Assembly: GCA_048268245.1 (NCBI GenBank)
Contig: JBLWVX010000049.1
Coordinates: 1 to 13,789 of the forward strand
Origin: Arcobacteraceae bacterium
GTDB lineage: Bacteria; Campylobacterota; Campylobacteria; Campylobacterales; Arcobacteraceae
Direction: 5' to 3'
Length of the DNA stretch: 13,789 nt
Shown here: one piece after another, positions 1 through 9,747 of the stretch
Layout: the number at the start of each line of letters is the position of its first letter
How positions within the stretch are numbered: the stretch's first letter is position 1
The notes under the pieces: generated by a model
Seen by the model: the letters and a program-made list of their open reading frames with translations, nothing else
What the model was told of the DNA's origin: nothing
The model's database searches: none
Translations under genes and position numbers: made by a program

Positions 1-2013
1 CATAGATCTTAAGTCTGTAGAGTATCCGAACATTTCAGATAATGGAATCATTGCAGTAACTAGTTTAACACCAGCTCTTTCATCCATTGATTGAACTTGT
101 CCTCTTCTTTTGTTAACGTCACCGATAACATCTCCCATATACTCTTCAGGAGTTTCAATTTCAACTTTCATCATAGGCTCTAAGATTACTGGTTGAGCAG
201 CTGCTGTTCTACAACCCTCTTTGAATCCCATAGATGCAGCTAATTTAAATGCCATCTCAGATGAATCTACATCATGGTAAGAACCATCATATAATGTTAC
301 TTCAATGTTAACCATTGGGTAACCAGCTAAGATACCACCAGCCATAGCTTCTTCACAACCTTTTTGAACTGCAGGAATATATTCTTTTGGAACAGATCCA
401 CCTTTAATTTCATTGTGGAATTTGAAGTTATCTTCAGAATCAGCAGGTAATGGTTTAATGTCTAAGTATACGTGACCATATTGACCTTTACCACCAGATT
501 GTTTAGCATATTTGTACTCGTTTTTAACAGGGTTTTTAATAGTTTCTCTGTATGCAACTTGTGGAGCACCTACTTCTGCTTCAACTTTGAATTCTCTTTT
601 CATTCTATCAACAAGAATTTCTAAGTGTAATTCACCCATTCCTGAAATAATAGTTTGTCCAGATTCTTCATCAGTGTTAACTCTAAATGATGGATCTTCT
701 TCAGCTAATTTACCTAATGCAATACCCATTTTTTCTTGGTCAGCTTTAGTTTTTGGCTCAACTGCAACAGAAATAACTGGCTCTGGGAATTCCATTCTCT
801 CTAAGATTACTGGATCTTTATCCGATGCTAAAGTATCACCAGTAATAGTAGTTTTAAGACCAACTACCGCTCCAATTTCACCTGCGTATAATTGAGAAAC
901 TTCTTCTCTATTATTTGCGTGCATTTGAAGTAATCTACCGATTCTTTCTTTTTTCATTTTAGTTGAGTTCATTACGTAAGTACCAGACTCTAATTGTCCT
1001 CTATATACTCTTGTAAAAGTTAACTGTCCAACAAATGGGTCAGTCATAATTTTAAATGCTAATGCTGCAACTTCACCTTCGTCAGTTGAAGGAACGATAA
1101 CAGATTCACCATCTTGAGTTTCACCTCTAATATCAGCAACCTCAGTTGGAGCTGGTAAATACATAGCAACAGCGTCAAGTAAAGTTTGAACACCTTTGTT
1201 TTTAAATGCAGTACCACAAGTCATTGGAGTAATAGACATTGATAAACATCCAGCTTTAATACCTGCAATGATTTCATCTTCAGATAATTCACCTTCTTCG
1301 AAGTATTTTTCCATTAACTCTTCAGAAGACTCAGCAGCAGCTTCAATCATCTTTTCTCTATATTCTTCAGCTTTGTCTACTAAATCAGCTGGAATTTCTT
1401 CTTCTCTATAAGCAGAACCCATAGCAGCATCTTCATCCCAAACTATAGCTTTCATTTTAACTAAATCAACTATACCTTTGAAGTCTTCTTCAGCTCCAAT
1501 AGGAATTTGAATAGGAACAGGATTAGCTTTTAATCTCTCTGCTACTTGCTTCTCAACCATGAAGAAGTCAGCACCAGTTCTATCCATTTTATTAACGAAA
1601 ATCATTCTTGGAACTTCGTATTTATTAGCTTGTCTCCAAACTGTTTCAGATTGTGGTTGTACTCCACCTACTGAACAAAATACAGCAACAGCACCATCTA
1701 AAACTCTCATAGATCTTTCAACTTCAATAGTAAAGTCAACGTGACCTGGTGTGTCAATAATGTTTACTTGTAATTGTTCTTTAGTTTTTGGGTGTGGCCA
1801 GTGACAAGTAGTCGCAGCAGAAGTAATTGTAATACCTCTTTCTTGCTCTTGTTCCATCCAGTCCATAGTTGCAGCACCATCATGAACCTCACCGATTTTG
1901 TGAGATACACCAGTATAGAATAAAATTCTTTCTGTAGTTGTTGTTTTACCAGCATCAATGTGAGCAGCAATACCGATATTTCTAACTCTATTAAGAGGTG
2001 TTTTTCTTGCCAT
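1..2013 (-). CDS. fusA: Elongation factor G (3' end runs off the window; absent from the ORF track because no stop is in view)
   Basis: ATG at 2013 reads [47 protein letters not shown] and NKMDR GTPase motifs follow; the frame reaches ...[12 protein letters not shown] at position 1; AAGGA SD upstream; downstream of rpsG. Confidence 0.99.
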   Translation of the reverse strand, partial: MARKTPLNRVRNIGIAAHIDAGKTTTTERILFYTGVSHKIGEVHDGAATMDWMEQEQERGITITSAATTCHWPHPKTKEQLQVNIIDTPGHVDFTIEVERSMRVLDGAVAVFCSVGGVQPQSETVWRQANKYEVPRMIFVNKMDRTGADFFMVEKQVAERLKANPVPIQIPIGAEEDFKGIVDLVKMKAIVWDEDAAMGSAYREEEIPADLVDKAEEYREKMIEAAAESSEELMEKYFEEGELSEDEIIAGIKAGCLSMSITPMTCGTAFKNKGVQTLLDAVAMYLPAPTEVADIRGETQDGESVIVPSTDEGEVAALAFKIMTDPFVGQLTFTRVYRGQLESGTYVMNSTKMKKERIGRLLQMHANNREEVSQLYAGEIGAVVGLKTTITGDTLASDKDPVILERMEFPEPVISVAVEPKTKADQEKMGIALGKLAEEDPSFRVNTDEESGQTIISGMGELHLEILVDRMKREFKVEAEVGAPQVAYRETIKNPVKNEYKYAKQSGGKGQYGHVYLDIKPLPADSEDNFKFHNEIKGGSVPKEYIPAVQKGCEEAMAGGILAGYPMVNIEVTLYDGSYHDVDSSEMAFKLAASMGFKEGCRTAAAQPVILEPMMKVEIETPEEYMGDVIGDVNKRRGQVQSMDERAGVKLVTAMIPLSEMFGYSTDLRSM

Positions 2014-2049
2014 CTTAAATTTTCCTTTTAAGTTTTAATAGTTTTCGTA

Positions 2050-2058
2050 ATTTTATCC
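2050..2058 (-). promoter_or_regulatory. Putative sigma70 extended -10 (GGA-TAAAAT) for fusA
   Basis: Minus strand reads TTTGGATAAAATTACG about 37 nt upstream of the fusA ATG, matching the Campylobacterota gnTAnaAT motif, just past the terminator. Confidence 0.55.
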
Positions 2059-2068
2059 AAATTACAAT

Positions 2069-2096
2069 AAAAAAAAAGGGCGTAAAACACCCTTTT
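2069..2096 (-). terminator. Intrinsic terminator between rpsG and fusA
   Basis: Minus-strand RNA AAAA-GGGUGU-UUU-ACGCCC-U9: GC-rich stem with one G.U pair (which pairs only on the minus strand) followed by nine U. Confidence 0.8.
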
Positions 2097-2126
2097 CTAT
2101 ATCTAAAATGATTTATTACAGATTGA

Positions 2127-2606
<480 letters not shown>

Positions 2607-2610
2607 CTAC

Positions 2611-2985
2611 TTATTTCTTTGGTTTCTTAGTACCATATTTAGATCTTGCAACAGTTCTGTTTGCAACACCAGCAGTATCTAAAGCACCTCTAACAACGTG
2701 ATACTTAACACCAGGTAAATCCTTAACTCTTCCCCCTCTAACTAATACGATAGAGTGTTCTTGTAAGTTGTGACCCTCACCACCGATGTATGAAATAACT
2801 TCAAATCCAGTAGTTAATCTAACTTTTGCAACTTTTCTTAAAGCCGAGTTTGGTTTCTTTGGAGTTGTAGTATATACTCTAGTACATACACCTCTTCTTT
2901 GTGGACATTTGTCTAATGCTGGTGATTTTGATTTTTTAATCACCTTTTTTCGCTCTTTTCTAACAAGCTGGTTAATAGTAGGCAT
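2611..2985 (-). CDS. rpsL: 30S ribosomal protein S12
   Basis: 124 aa; [42 protein letters not shown]. Confidence 0.99.
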   Translation of the reverse strand: MPTINQLVRKERKKVIKKSKSPALDKCPQRRGVCTRVYTTTPKKPNSALRKVAKVRLTTGFEVISYIGGEGHNLQEHSIVLVRGGRVKDLPGVKYHVVRGALDTAGVANRTVARSKYGTKKPKK

Positions 2986-3009
2986 TCTTTCCCTTTATAT
3001 AAATTGGTT

Positions 3010-3111
3010 TGAGCAATTAAAGCAATGCTCATGCTTCTCGCGTTACTTCAACATATTGTTGAAACGATACTACCATTCTAGGAAACTTTGTTGAGTTTTC
3101 TAAAAAAGTAG
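3010..3111 (-). promoter_or_regulatory. Structured 5' UTR of rpsL (candidate cis-regulatory RNA leader)
   Basis: Three consecutive inverted repeats between the putative -10 and the start: TGAGCA/TGCTCA (3010-3031), TTCAACA/TGTTGAA (3047-3063), TAGGAAACT/AGTTTTCTA (3079-3102). Confidence 0.45.
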
Positions 3112-3114
3112 GAG

Positions 3115-3136
3115 ATTATACTGAAATTAAACTTAA
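3115..3136 (-). promoter_or_regulatory. Putative sigma70 promoter of rpsL-rpsG
   Basis: Minus strand TTAAGT-N10-TATAAT (perfect -10 at 3120-3115). Confidence 0.7.
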
Positions 3137-3156
3137 TTATAGTTTAGGTTAGTTTT

Positions 3157-3600
3157 TTATAGTTTTTGTAAAAACATATTCAATGAATTTGCAAAACTTT
3201 GAGAGTCTTTTTGACCAAAAGGTTTAGGGCCCCTTGTCATTTCACCACTATCTCTAATTTCTTGCATTAAATTTCTCATTGCAAGATAGTGTTTTATATT
3301 ATCTTTTGTGTATAACACACCTCTGTGGTCTATAGCATGAGCATTCTTAGCAATAGTTCTATCTGCAAGTGGAATATCAGCTGTAATAACTAAGTCATTT
3401 TCTTTTAATAATTCAACTATTTTATTATCTGCTTCATCTGCACCCTCATCTACAATTGTATATTTTATATATGAAGATTTTCCAATATTTATTTTTTTAT
3501 TTGAGATTACATAAGTATCTAGCTTCTTTTTTTCAATAGCTCTTAAAACTATAGGTTTCAAAAGATTGGGGAAAGCATCCCCATCGATAAATAGAGTCAT
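3157..3600 (-). CDS. YaiI/YqxD family protein (DUF188, PIN-like)
   Basis: 147 aa; IDGDAFP, GADEADNKIV, DLVITADIPLA and the C-terminal GPKPF...FAN pattern typical of YaiI/YqxD; start overlaps the upstream stop (TAATG). Confidence 0.9.
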   Translation of the reverse strand: MTLFIDGDAFPNLLKPIVLRAIEKKKLDTYVISNKKINIGKSSYIKYTIVDEGADEADNKIVELLKENDLVITADIPLADRTIAKNAHAIDHRGVLYTKDNIKHYLAMRNLMQEIRDSGEMTRGPKPFGQKDSQSFANSLNMFLQKL

Positions 3601-3794
3601 TATAAAATCTCTTGAACTCTTCCTACTTGCCCATCTTGTAATCTAACTTTTATTCCATGCGGATGAGAAGGAGAGTTTGTTAAAATATTTTTTACAATAC
3701 CTTGTGTTAATTTTCCACTTCTTTGATCTTGTTTTAAAACAATATTAACTTTTTGTCCTTGTTTTATAGAAAACCTTTTTTTAGGATCATTCAT
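3600..3794 (-). CDS. YwbE family protein (DUF2196)
   Basis: 64 aa; IVLKQDQRSGKLTQG...ILTNSPSHPHGIKVRLQDGQVGRV signature. Confidence 0.9.
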   Translation of the reverse strand: MNDPKKRFSIKQGQKVNIVLKQDQRSGKLTQGIVKNILTNSPSHPHGIKVRLQDGQVGRVQEIL

Positions 3795-3798
3795 GAGT

Positions 3799-4284
3799 TT
3801 AAGCCTTAAAACTTAATGCTTGTTTTGCAAAATCTTTTCCGTAAAAAAAGATGATTTTATATGACAAAGATACTTTTACATTTTTTTCATCTGTAATATC
3901 AATAAGATTAAAACTAAAGCCTTCATCAGAATTGTTTTTGCTTTTTATTTTAATTTCTACTGGTTTTAGAGTTCTCATCATATTATCAATATTTTTTCTC
4001 TCTTTTGGCTTTACAGTTGATAAATACTTTTCATCTTTATCCATATTTTTTAAATAGTTATGTAGTAAAAGTTTTGTATCTTTATAGATTGCTTTACTCC
4101 AAGAAACTTTTCCTTTTGAAAAATGATAAACATTACTTTTATTTAAAAGTGGGAAAGTAGCCTCTTTTTTAATATCATCAAGAAGTTGTAAGAAGAAATT
4201 TATTCCACCAATTGAGTCTGCATAGTTTGTAAGAAGTTCATTGATTTGCTTTTTTTCTTCTATACTTAAATCTTTAAAATTCAT
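3799..4284 (-). CDS. Hypothetical protein (161 aa, soluble, Lys-rich)
   Basis: Long ORF with AAGG SD; first gene of a tightly packed three-gene unit (4-nt gap, 1-nt overlap); no motif recognised. Confidence 0.75.
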   Translation of the reverse strand: MNFKDLSIEEKKQINELLTNYADSIGGINFFLQLLDDIKKEATFPLLNKSNVYHFSKGKVSWSKAIYKDTKLLLHNYLKNMDKDEKYLSTVKPKERKNIDNMMRTLKPVEIKIKSKNNSDEGFSFNLIDITDEKNVKVSLSYKIIFFYGKDFAKQALSFKA

Positions 4285-4306
4285 TTATTACCTTATTTTT
4301 TTTGTA

Positions 4307-4314
4307 AGTATATC
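4307..4314 (-). promoter_or_regulatory. Putative extended -10 (GA-TATACT) for the hypothetical/YwbE/YaiI unit
   Basis: gnTAnAcT motif about 22 nt upstream of the ATG at 4284. Confidence 0.45.
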
Positions 4315-4372
4315 TAAATCTTGAAACTTTTTTACAACTAATACCTTTTTTTAATTCTGTCTTACTTTTATT

Positions 4373-4381
4373 TGTTACAAT
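4373..4381 (+). promoter_or_regulatory. Putative extended -10 (TGT-TACAAT) for the CLC gene
   Basis: TGnTAcAAT about 31 nt upstream of the ATG at 4413. Confidence 0.5.
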
Positions 4382-4412
4382 TTTATTATAAATACTTCTT
4401 AAAGATTCTATT

Positions 4413-5777
4413 ATGAAAAAACATTTTTTAGAACAATCTCTTATATTTTTTAGTGTAACAAAATGGGTTTTACTCTCATCAGCTATTGGTGTAATTATTG
4501 GTGCAATAATTACCTTTTTTTTAAATATTATACATAGTGCAAATAATCAAGGTGAACTTCTACCTTTTCCAACTTATTATTTATTACCCTTTGGTTTGAT
4601 GATAACTATTTTTTTAGTTAGAAAGTTTGCTCCAGATGCCAAAGGTCATGGAACAGAAAAAGTTATTGAAGCAGTACATAAAAAAGATGGTTTAATAGAT
4701 GTAAAAGTTATGCCTATAAAACTCTTTGCAACTGTTATTACTATATTTACTGGTGGTTCTGTTGGAAAAGAAGGTCCAGGTGCTCAAATAGGAGCAGGAG
4801 CTGCTTCTTTTATATCACAACTTGTAAAATTTTCTGCAAGAGATAGAAAAAAACTAGTTATCTGTGGGATTAGTGCTGGCTTTGCTTCTGTATTTGGCAC
4901 ACCAATATCAGGTGCAATTTTTGGAGTTGAAGTTTTAATTATTGGTATTATAATGTATGATGTTTTACTTCCATCATTTATAGCAGGATTTGCTGCTTAT
5001 ACAACAGCTAAATTATTAGGGATTAACTATACATATTATCATATGGAGTTTTCAAATGCTATTCCTTTTGATATTGTTTTAATACTTCAAGTAATAATCG
5101 CTGGTCTATTTTTTGGACTAATCTCTTATTTTATGATTGTTACCTTAAAAAATACAGAAATTCAAATAAAAAAAATCAATCTAAACATCTATCTAAAAGC
5201 ATTTTTAGCAGGTACTTTTTTAGTTGTTCTTTCTTTTTTTATTGGAGATAAATATTTTGGATTAGGACTTGATACTATCTCTACACTTTTTTATAGTGAT
5301 CCTAACATAGCGCAAGATATACCTTGGTATTCATTCATAGCCAAAACCATATATACATCAGTAACATTAGGAGCTGGAGGTAGTGGTGGTGTTATTACTC
5401 CTATTTTTTATGTTGGAGCTACTAGTGGTCAGTTTTTTGGAACACTAATAGGAGATAACATTGCTTTATTTGCTGCTCTTGGACTTACAAGCGTTTTAGC
5501 GGGAACAACAAATGCTCCAATAGCAGCAACAATTATGGCAGTTGAACTTTTCGGTATAGAAATAGCTCACTATGCTGCTATTAGTGCAATCATTACCTTT
5601 CTAATTACAGGTCATAGAAGTGTATTCCAGTCTCAAATTTTAAATATGAAAAAGTCTGATATGCTAAATATTGATTATGGAGATAATGTTGATAAAAGCA
5701 ATGTAGAATTGTCAGATAAGAATAAAGAGAAAATGAAAAGCTTTTTTAAAAAAGTTAAATTCAAACAAAAGAAATAA
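4413..5777 (+). CDS. CLC family anion channel/transporter (no CBS domains)
   Basis: 454 aa with many TM helices; GGSVGKEGP gating-Glu motif, GISAGFASVFGTPISGAIFGVEVL, GGSGGVITP, GTTNAPIAATIMAVELFG. Confidence 0.93.
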   Translation: MKKHFLEQSLIFFSVTKWVLLSSAIGVIIGAIITFFLNIIHSANNQGELLPFPTYYLLPFGLMITIFLVRKFAPDAKGHGTEKVIEAVHKKDGLIDVKVMPIKLFATVITIFTGGSVGKEGPGAQIGAGAASFISQLVKFSARDRKKLVICGISAGFASVFGTPISGAIFGVEVLIIGIIMYDVLLPSFIAGFAAYTTAKLLGINYTYYHMEFSNAIPFDIVLILQVIIAGLFFGLISYFMIVTLKNTEIQIKKINLNIYLKAFLAGTFLVVLSFFIGDKYFGLGLDTISTLFYSDPNIAQDIPWYSFIAKTIYTSVTLGAGGSGGVITPIFYVGATSGQFFGTLIGDNIALFAALGLTSVLAGTTNAPIAATIMAVELFGIEIAHYAAISAIITFLITGHRSVFQSQILNMKKSDMLNIDYGDNVDKSNVELSDKNKEKMKSFFKKVKFKQKK

Positions 5778-5779
5778 GA

Positions 5780-7069
5780 CTATTTAATACAAATCTTATT
5801 TCTTCCACTCTCTTTAGCTTCATATAAAGCATCATCTGCTCTTGAAAAAATAGACTCATAATTTTCATCAACTTGATAATAAGATGAAATTCCCATGCTA
5901 AAAGTAATATTAATGTTGTCTTCACATAAATTTTTAAAAGGTTTTTTTTCTTGATACTCTTTTAATCTATATGCAAATTCTTCTGCTTGTACTATGTTTG
6001 TACAAGGTAAAATAAAAGCAAATTCTTCACCACCTACTCTACAGAAAGTATCTTCTTCTCTTTTTAGTTTTTTACATACCTTCACAATCTCAATTAATAC
6101 TTTGTCACCAACTAAATGTCCATAAGTATCATTTACCTTTTTAAACCAATCCACATCTAAAAGTAAAATTGACAAATCTAATTTATGTCTAATAGCTTTT
6201 TTAAACTCTAATTCTGCTTGCTGAACAAAATATCTTCTATTATTTGCTTTTGTTAAATAATCAGTAATTGATTGCTTTTTTAACTTATCTTTTAATAATT
6301 GAAGTTCTGTAATATCTGTAGACAATCCAATTAAAGACATTAACTCATCCCCTTGCATTTTAAATGGGATTTTTTTACTCCAATAGTGTCTTTCATTTCC
6401 TTCATCATCAAAAAATAACTCTTCTTGACTTTTTGATTTATTTTGTTCAAAAACTTTTTTGTCCATTTCCCAAAAATTATTAGCAACTTCCTCATTTAGA
6501 ACTTCAATATCTCTTTTACCTATAATATAATTAGCTTCATATCCAAAAAGTTTAGCTACCTTTGAATTTACATATTTAAACTTTCTGTTCTCATCTTTCA
6601 TATAAATATAGGCATCTACATTATCTAAAATAGTATTTAAAAGTTTTGTCTTTTCTTCAAGTTGTAATTCAAGTTTTTTTCTTTGGGTAATATCAGTTGA
6701 AATACCACACATTCCAATGATATCCCCATGATTATTATATAAAGGCTTCTTAACAGTCCAATATATTTTCTCTTCTTTTGTCTCTTTTATATAATTTATT
6801 TCTTCTTTTTCAATAGTCTTGCCATTTACTAAAACATCTAAATCATTTTTTCTAAGCTCATTTGACATATTTAAATCAAAAAAAGAGGTGTCATCTTTTC
6901 CAATCACCTCAGCTAAAGACTTTTCAAATAAAGATAAAACTAGGTTATTAGCAAATGTATACTTTCCATCTAAATCTTTTGTATAAACATAAGCACCTGT
7001 CTCATTTATAAGAGTTTTTAAAGATTCTAATTCTGTATTTAATCTATCATTTTCATCATTACAATTCAT
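5780..7069 (-). CDS. PAS-PAS-GGDEF diguanylate cyclase (cytoplasmic)
   Basis: Two PAS/PAC repeats (YVYTKDLDGKYTFAN...GISTDIT; YIYMKDENRKFKYVN...GLSTDIT); DYLT..NRR, DVDWFKKVNDTYGHLVGD, GGEEF A-site, and REED (RxxD) I-site five residues upstream. Confidence 0.95.
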   Translation of the reverse strand: MNCNDENDRLNTELESLKTLINETGAYVYTKDLDGKYTFANNLVLSLFEKSLAEVIGKDDTSFFDLNMSNELRKNDLDVLVNGKTIEKEEINYIKETKEEKIYWTVKKPLYNNHGDIIGMCGISTDITQRKKLELQLEEKTKLLNTILDNVDAYIYMKDENRKFKYVNSKVAKLFGYEANYIIGKRDIEVLNEEVANNFWEMDKKVFEQNKSKSQEELFFDDEGNERHYWSKKIPFKMQGDELMSLIGLSTDITELQLLKDKLKKQSITDYLTKANNRRYFVQQAELEFKKAIRHKLDLSILLLDVDWFKKVNDTYGHLVGDKVLIEIVKVCKKLKREEDTFCRVGGEEFAFILPCTNIVQAEEFAYRLKEYQEKKPFKNLCEDNINITFSMGISSYYQVDENYESIFSRADDALYEAKESGRNKICIK

Positions 7070-7118
7070 GAATTTTCCTTTTGTTATTTCATTTTATTAT
7101 AAAATAAATAAAACTCTC

Positions 7119-7934
7119 TTATCGATATGAAGATTTTGAACTTTTTATATTTACATTATAAAAGCCATTATTAGATAAAAAAATCTTGATTTCTTTATCA
7201 ATAAATCTATTTTTAGGCCCTCTTATAATTTCAACAATAGCAGGTATATTTTCAATCTTTTTATTAAAATCAAATTCAAAATATGGAATAAGGTTTCCAC
7301 AAACAGCTCTAAACATCATAGTTGATAAGTTATTTCTAAAAATAAACTCTTCATTTTCCTTATCATCTATGATAATAGGATTATGAATAAGTCTTACTTC
7401 CTTTTCTTCTTCAAAAAGTTCATTTTTAGATTTAGCTGCTAAATTATTAATATTTGATATTACATCTTTACAAATTTCTTTAAATTTTGTACTTGAAAAA
7501 TCTATATCATTTTCAAGATTTTCCAAAGGTTTAAATATTTCATCAATTTGCTCTTCTTGTAATCTTTCATCATACAAGACTTCTGTAGTGTGAACTAAAC
7601 TATTTGTTTTAAAATAATCAGAATTAAAACCTATAGCAACACCATAACCATCATTGGCATATGCTCGCCACTGACTTAATAAATCACTTCCTTGAGAGAA
7701 TGATGCTATGTAGACACTTGGCAATTGTTTATTAAAAATGTTTTCAAAAGCTTTATATTTAGAGAAATTATCTTTATTTCTTACTCTCTCTAATTTACTA
7801 TTTACTTTATCATTTATCCAATGTATCTCTTTGTAATCATTTAGATTATAAACAGAACTTAGCCATAGCTTTTTGTTTTGTATAATTGCACGAAAGGCTT
7901 CAACGTGACAGTAGTGATATATAATCTTTCCCAT
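7119..7934 (-). CDS. DUF2971 domain-containing protein
   Basis: 271 aa; IYHYC, LNDYKE, ASFS...DLLSQWRAYANDGYGVAIGF, FEEEKEVRLI and IIRGPKN motifs; AGGAG SD and TATAAT at 7966-7961. Confidence 0.85.
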   Translation of the reverse strand: MGKIIYHYCHVEAFRAIIQNKKLWLSSVYNLNDYKEIHWINDKVNSKLERVRNKDNFSKYKAFENIFNKQLPSVYIASFSQGSDLLSQWRAYANDGYGVAIGFNSDYFKTNSLVHTTEVLYDERLQEEQIDEIFKPLENLENDIDFSSTKFKEICKDVISNINNLAAKSKNELFEEEKEVRLIHNPIIIDDKENEEFIFRNNLSTMMFRAVCGNLIPYFEFDFNKKIENIPAIVEIIRGPKNRFIDKEIKIFLSNNGFYNVNIKSSKSSYR

Positions 7935-7978
7935 TTCAACTCCTATTGAGCTAGTATAGAATTATATATTAACTAAAT

Positions 7979-8629
7979 TTAGATTAGTTCCAAGCCATTT
8001 GATTTTAACTCATATATTTTAGGTGTTAGTTTTTCTATAAAGCTTTTATGATGAGATACAATAACCATAGATTTATTTATTGAGTTTAATAGTTCAATAA
8101 TCTTTTTTTCAGAACTACTATCTAAAGCATTTGTAGGTTCATCCAAAAGAAGTATTTTTGGCTTTGTTATTAGTATTCCAGCAATAGCTACAATCTTTTG
8201 CTCTCCACCACTTAACTCATAAATTATTCTATCTTTTAAATGAGCTATATTTAACTGCTCTAAAATTACAGATGCCTTATGGTATGCCTCTTCTTTTTTT
8301 TCACCCCTACTTCTAAGATTAAACATTACATCTTCTATTACAGTTGGACAAAGAAAAAAATCACTAACATCTTGAGGAAGATAGCCTATATCACTTCTAA
8401 ACTTTTCATACTCTTTCTTAGAACTGATTTTATTATGAAATAAGTGCAATTCACCATCATAGTTTATCTCTAATCCTGCTATTATTTTAAGAAGTGAACT
8501 TTTACCAGCTCCATTTGAGCCAATGATTGCTACTTTTTGTTCATGCCCTACATCTAAGTTTATATTTGAAAACAACTGTTTTGTGTCGTTTTTGTAGCTT
8601 AAGTTTTTTAGATTAAATGAACAGCTCAT
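7979..8629 (-). CDS. ECF transporter ATPase (CbiO/NikO-like)
   Basis: Walker A GSNGAGKS, Q-loop YLPQD, PTVIEDVMF, signature LSGGEQK, Walker B LLLDEPT, H-loop VSHH; overlaps the upstream T-component gene by 17 nt. Confidence 0.92.
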   Translation of the reverse strand: MSCSFNLKNLSYKNDTKQLFSNINLDVGHEQKVAIIGSNGAGKSSLLKIIAGLEINYDGELHLFHNKISSKKEYEKFRSDIGYLPQDVSDFFLCPTVIEDVMFNLRSRGEKKEEAYHKASVILEQLNIAHLKDRIIYELSGGEQKIVAIAGILITKPKILLLDEPTNALDSSSEKKIIELLNSINKSMVIVSHHKSFIEKLTPKIYELKSNGLELI

Positions 8630-9272
8630 AAATTACCTTTATTAAAATTGTGAAAAAAGTTACTAAAATTAAAAGAAAATCTTTTTTACCTAATGAGAAA
8701 TCATCATTTAAAAAAATCTCTCCTTTGAAACCCCTATGCATAAAAGTCTGCTTTAAAGCATAAGACTTTCTAATTGCTTTTACAAATAATAAGCCTAAAA
8801 TATTTCCAAATGTCTCATATGTAAATAAAGAAGTATTAGCTTTAAATCCTCTAGCTTTTAAACTATTTTTTATTAATACAAAATCTTGTGATAAAACCTC
8901 TATCATTTTTAAAGTAAAGTAACTACTAGATACTAAACTCTTAGGCAATTTTAAAATACTTAAGGCTCTTACTATATCATAGCCCTTTGAACTAAAAAAT
9001 AAACATAGATTAAAAAGAATTATTGCATTTGCTCTTATATATATATTTAATGCATCTTCAAAAGTACTACTATATAATAGAGTTAAAAAAAGTATAAATA
9101 TAAAAAGATTTAAAAAAAGTAGCTTTTTAAAAATAGTTAATAAATGAGTTCTATTTATAAAAAGTAAAAAAACAATTGGAAGTAAAAAATATACTTCAAA
9201 ATATGAAAAGCTTACAATTAGTGAGTAACAAAATGCACAAACTAAAGAAATAGCTGGATTAAAGATACTCAC
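8613..9272 (-). CDS. ECF transporter transmembrane T component (CbiQ/NikQ-like)
   Basis: 219 aa hydrophobic, GTG start; the two EcfT X-R-G motifs (LKARGF, MHRGF); operon context. Confidence 0.88.
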   Translation of the reverse strand: MSIFNPAISLVCAFCYSLIVSFSYFEVYFLLPIVFLLFINRTHLLTIFKKLLFLNLFIFILFLTLLYSSTFEDALNIYIRANAIILFNLCLFFSSKGYDIVRALSILKLPKSLVSSSYFTLKMIEVLSQDFVLIKNSLKARGFKANTSLFTYETFGNILGLLFVKAIRKSYALKQTFMHRGFKGEIFLNDDFSLGKKDFLLILVTFFTILIKVIYELFI

Positions 9273-9273
9273 A

Positions 9274-9747
9274 TTAACTCTTTTTAACTCTTTTTAAAAA
9301 TGCAAAAATCCCAAAAATTACAAGTAAAGCAAATACTATTTTAAAAAACTCAAAGTATGATAATTTCTCTTCTAAAAGTTTTATTTGAAGTTTTAAACTT
9401 TTATTCTCTTCTTGAAGTTTTTGCAATTGGTCATTTTCATATCTTTTTATAGGCTTAATTACTTTTTTTATATCTTTTAAGACAGCATGTCCAGAGCCTG
9501 CATCTACACTTAGAATAAATGTATTAAAATCAATTTTTGTTTCAAACTCACCTTTTATATTAGTTTTGTCTTCAAGAATTAACTTATCATCTTTTATAAT
9601 TCTTATTTTACAATTTTGACAAGCATTACCGTTTGCAAAATATGAATTCACATATAACTTAGTATCCTCAAAATTTGTAAAAACATTTAGTTTATGAGCA
9701 TAAACAATATTAATAAATATACATACCAAACATAAAACTCTTATCAT
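9274..9747 (-). CDS. Auxiliary Ni/Co ECF component (NikL/CbiL-like), periplasmic domain with C-terminal anchor
   Basis: Signal peptide ending VYA-H, then HKLNVF...YFANG...DAGSGH, a coiled coil and a C-terminal TM; lies between M and Q; ATGA overlap with the M gene. Confidence 0.7.
   Translation of the reverse strand: MIRVLCLVCIFINIVYAHKLNVFTNFEDTKLYVNSYFANGNACQNCKIRIIKDDKLILEDKTNIKGEFETKIDFNTFILSVDAGSGHAVLKDIKKVIKPIKRYENDQLQKLQEENKSLKLQIKLLEEKLSYFEFFKIVFALLVIFGIFAFLKRVKKS

Noticed and set aside
512..1744. Plus-strand ORFs 512-895, 1196-1411 and 1559-1744
   Set aside because: Antisense shadows of fusA; Ser-rich, with no recognisable motifs.
1764..1970. 68-aa minus-strand ORF
   Set aside because: Alternative frame inside fusA.
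2611..2985. Streptomycin-resistance substitutions in S12
   Set aside because: PKKPNSA and RVKDLPG are wild type.
4285..4412. Fluoride riboswitch upstream of the CLC gene
   Set aside because: The spacer is extremely AT-rich with no GAUG...-type aptamer core or GC stems.
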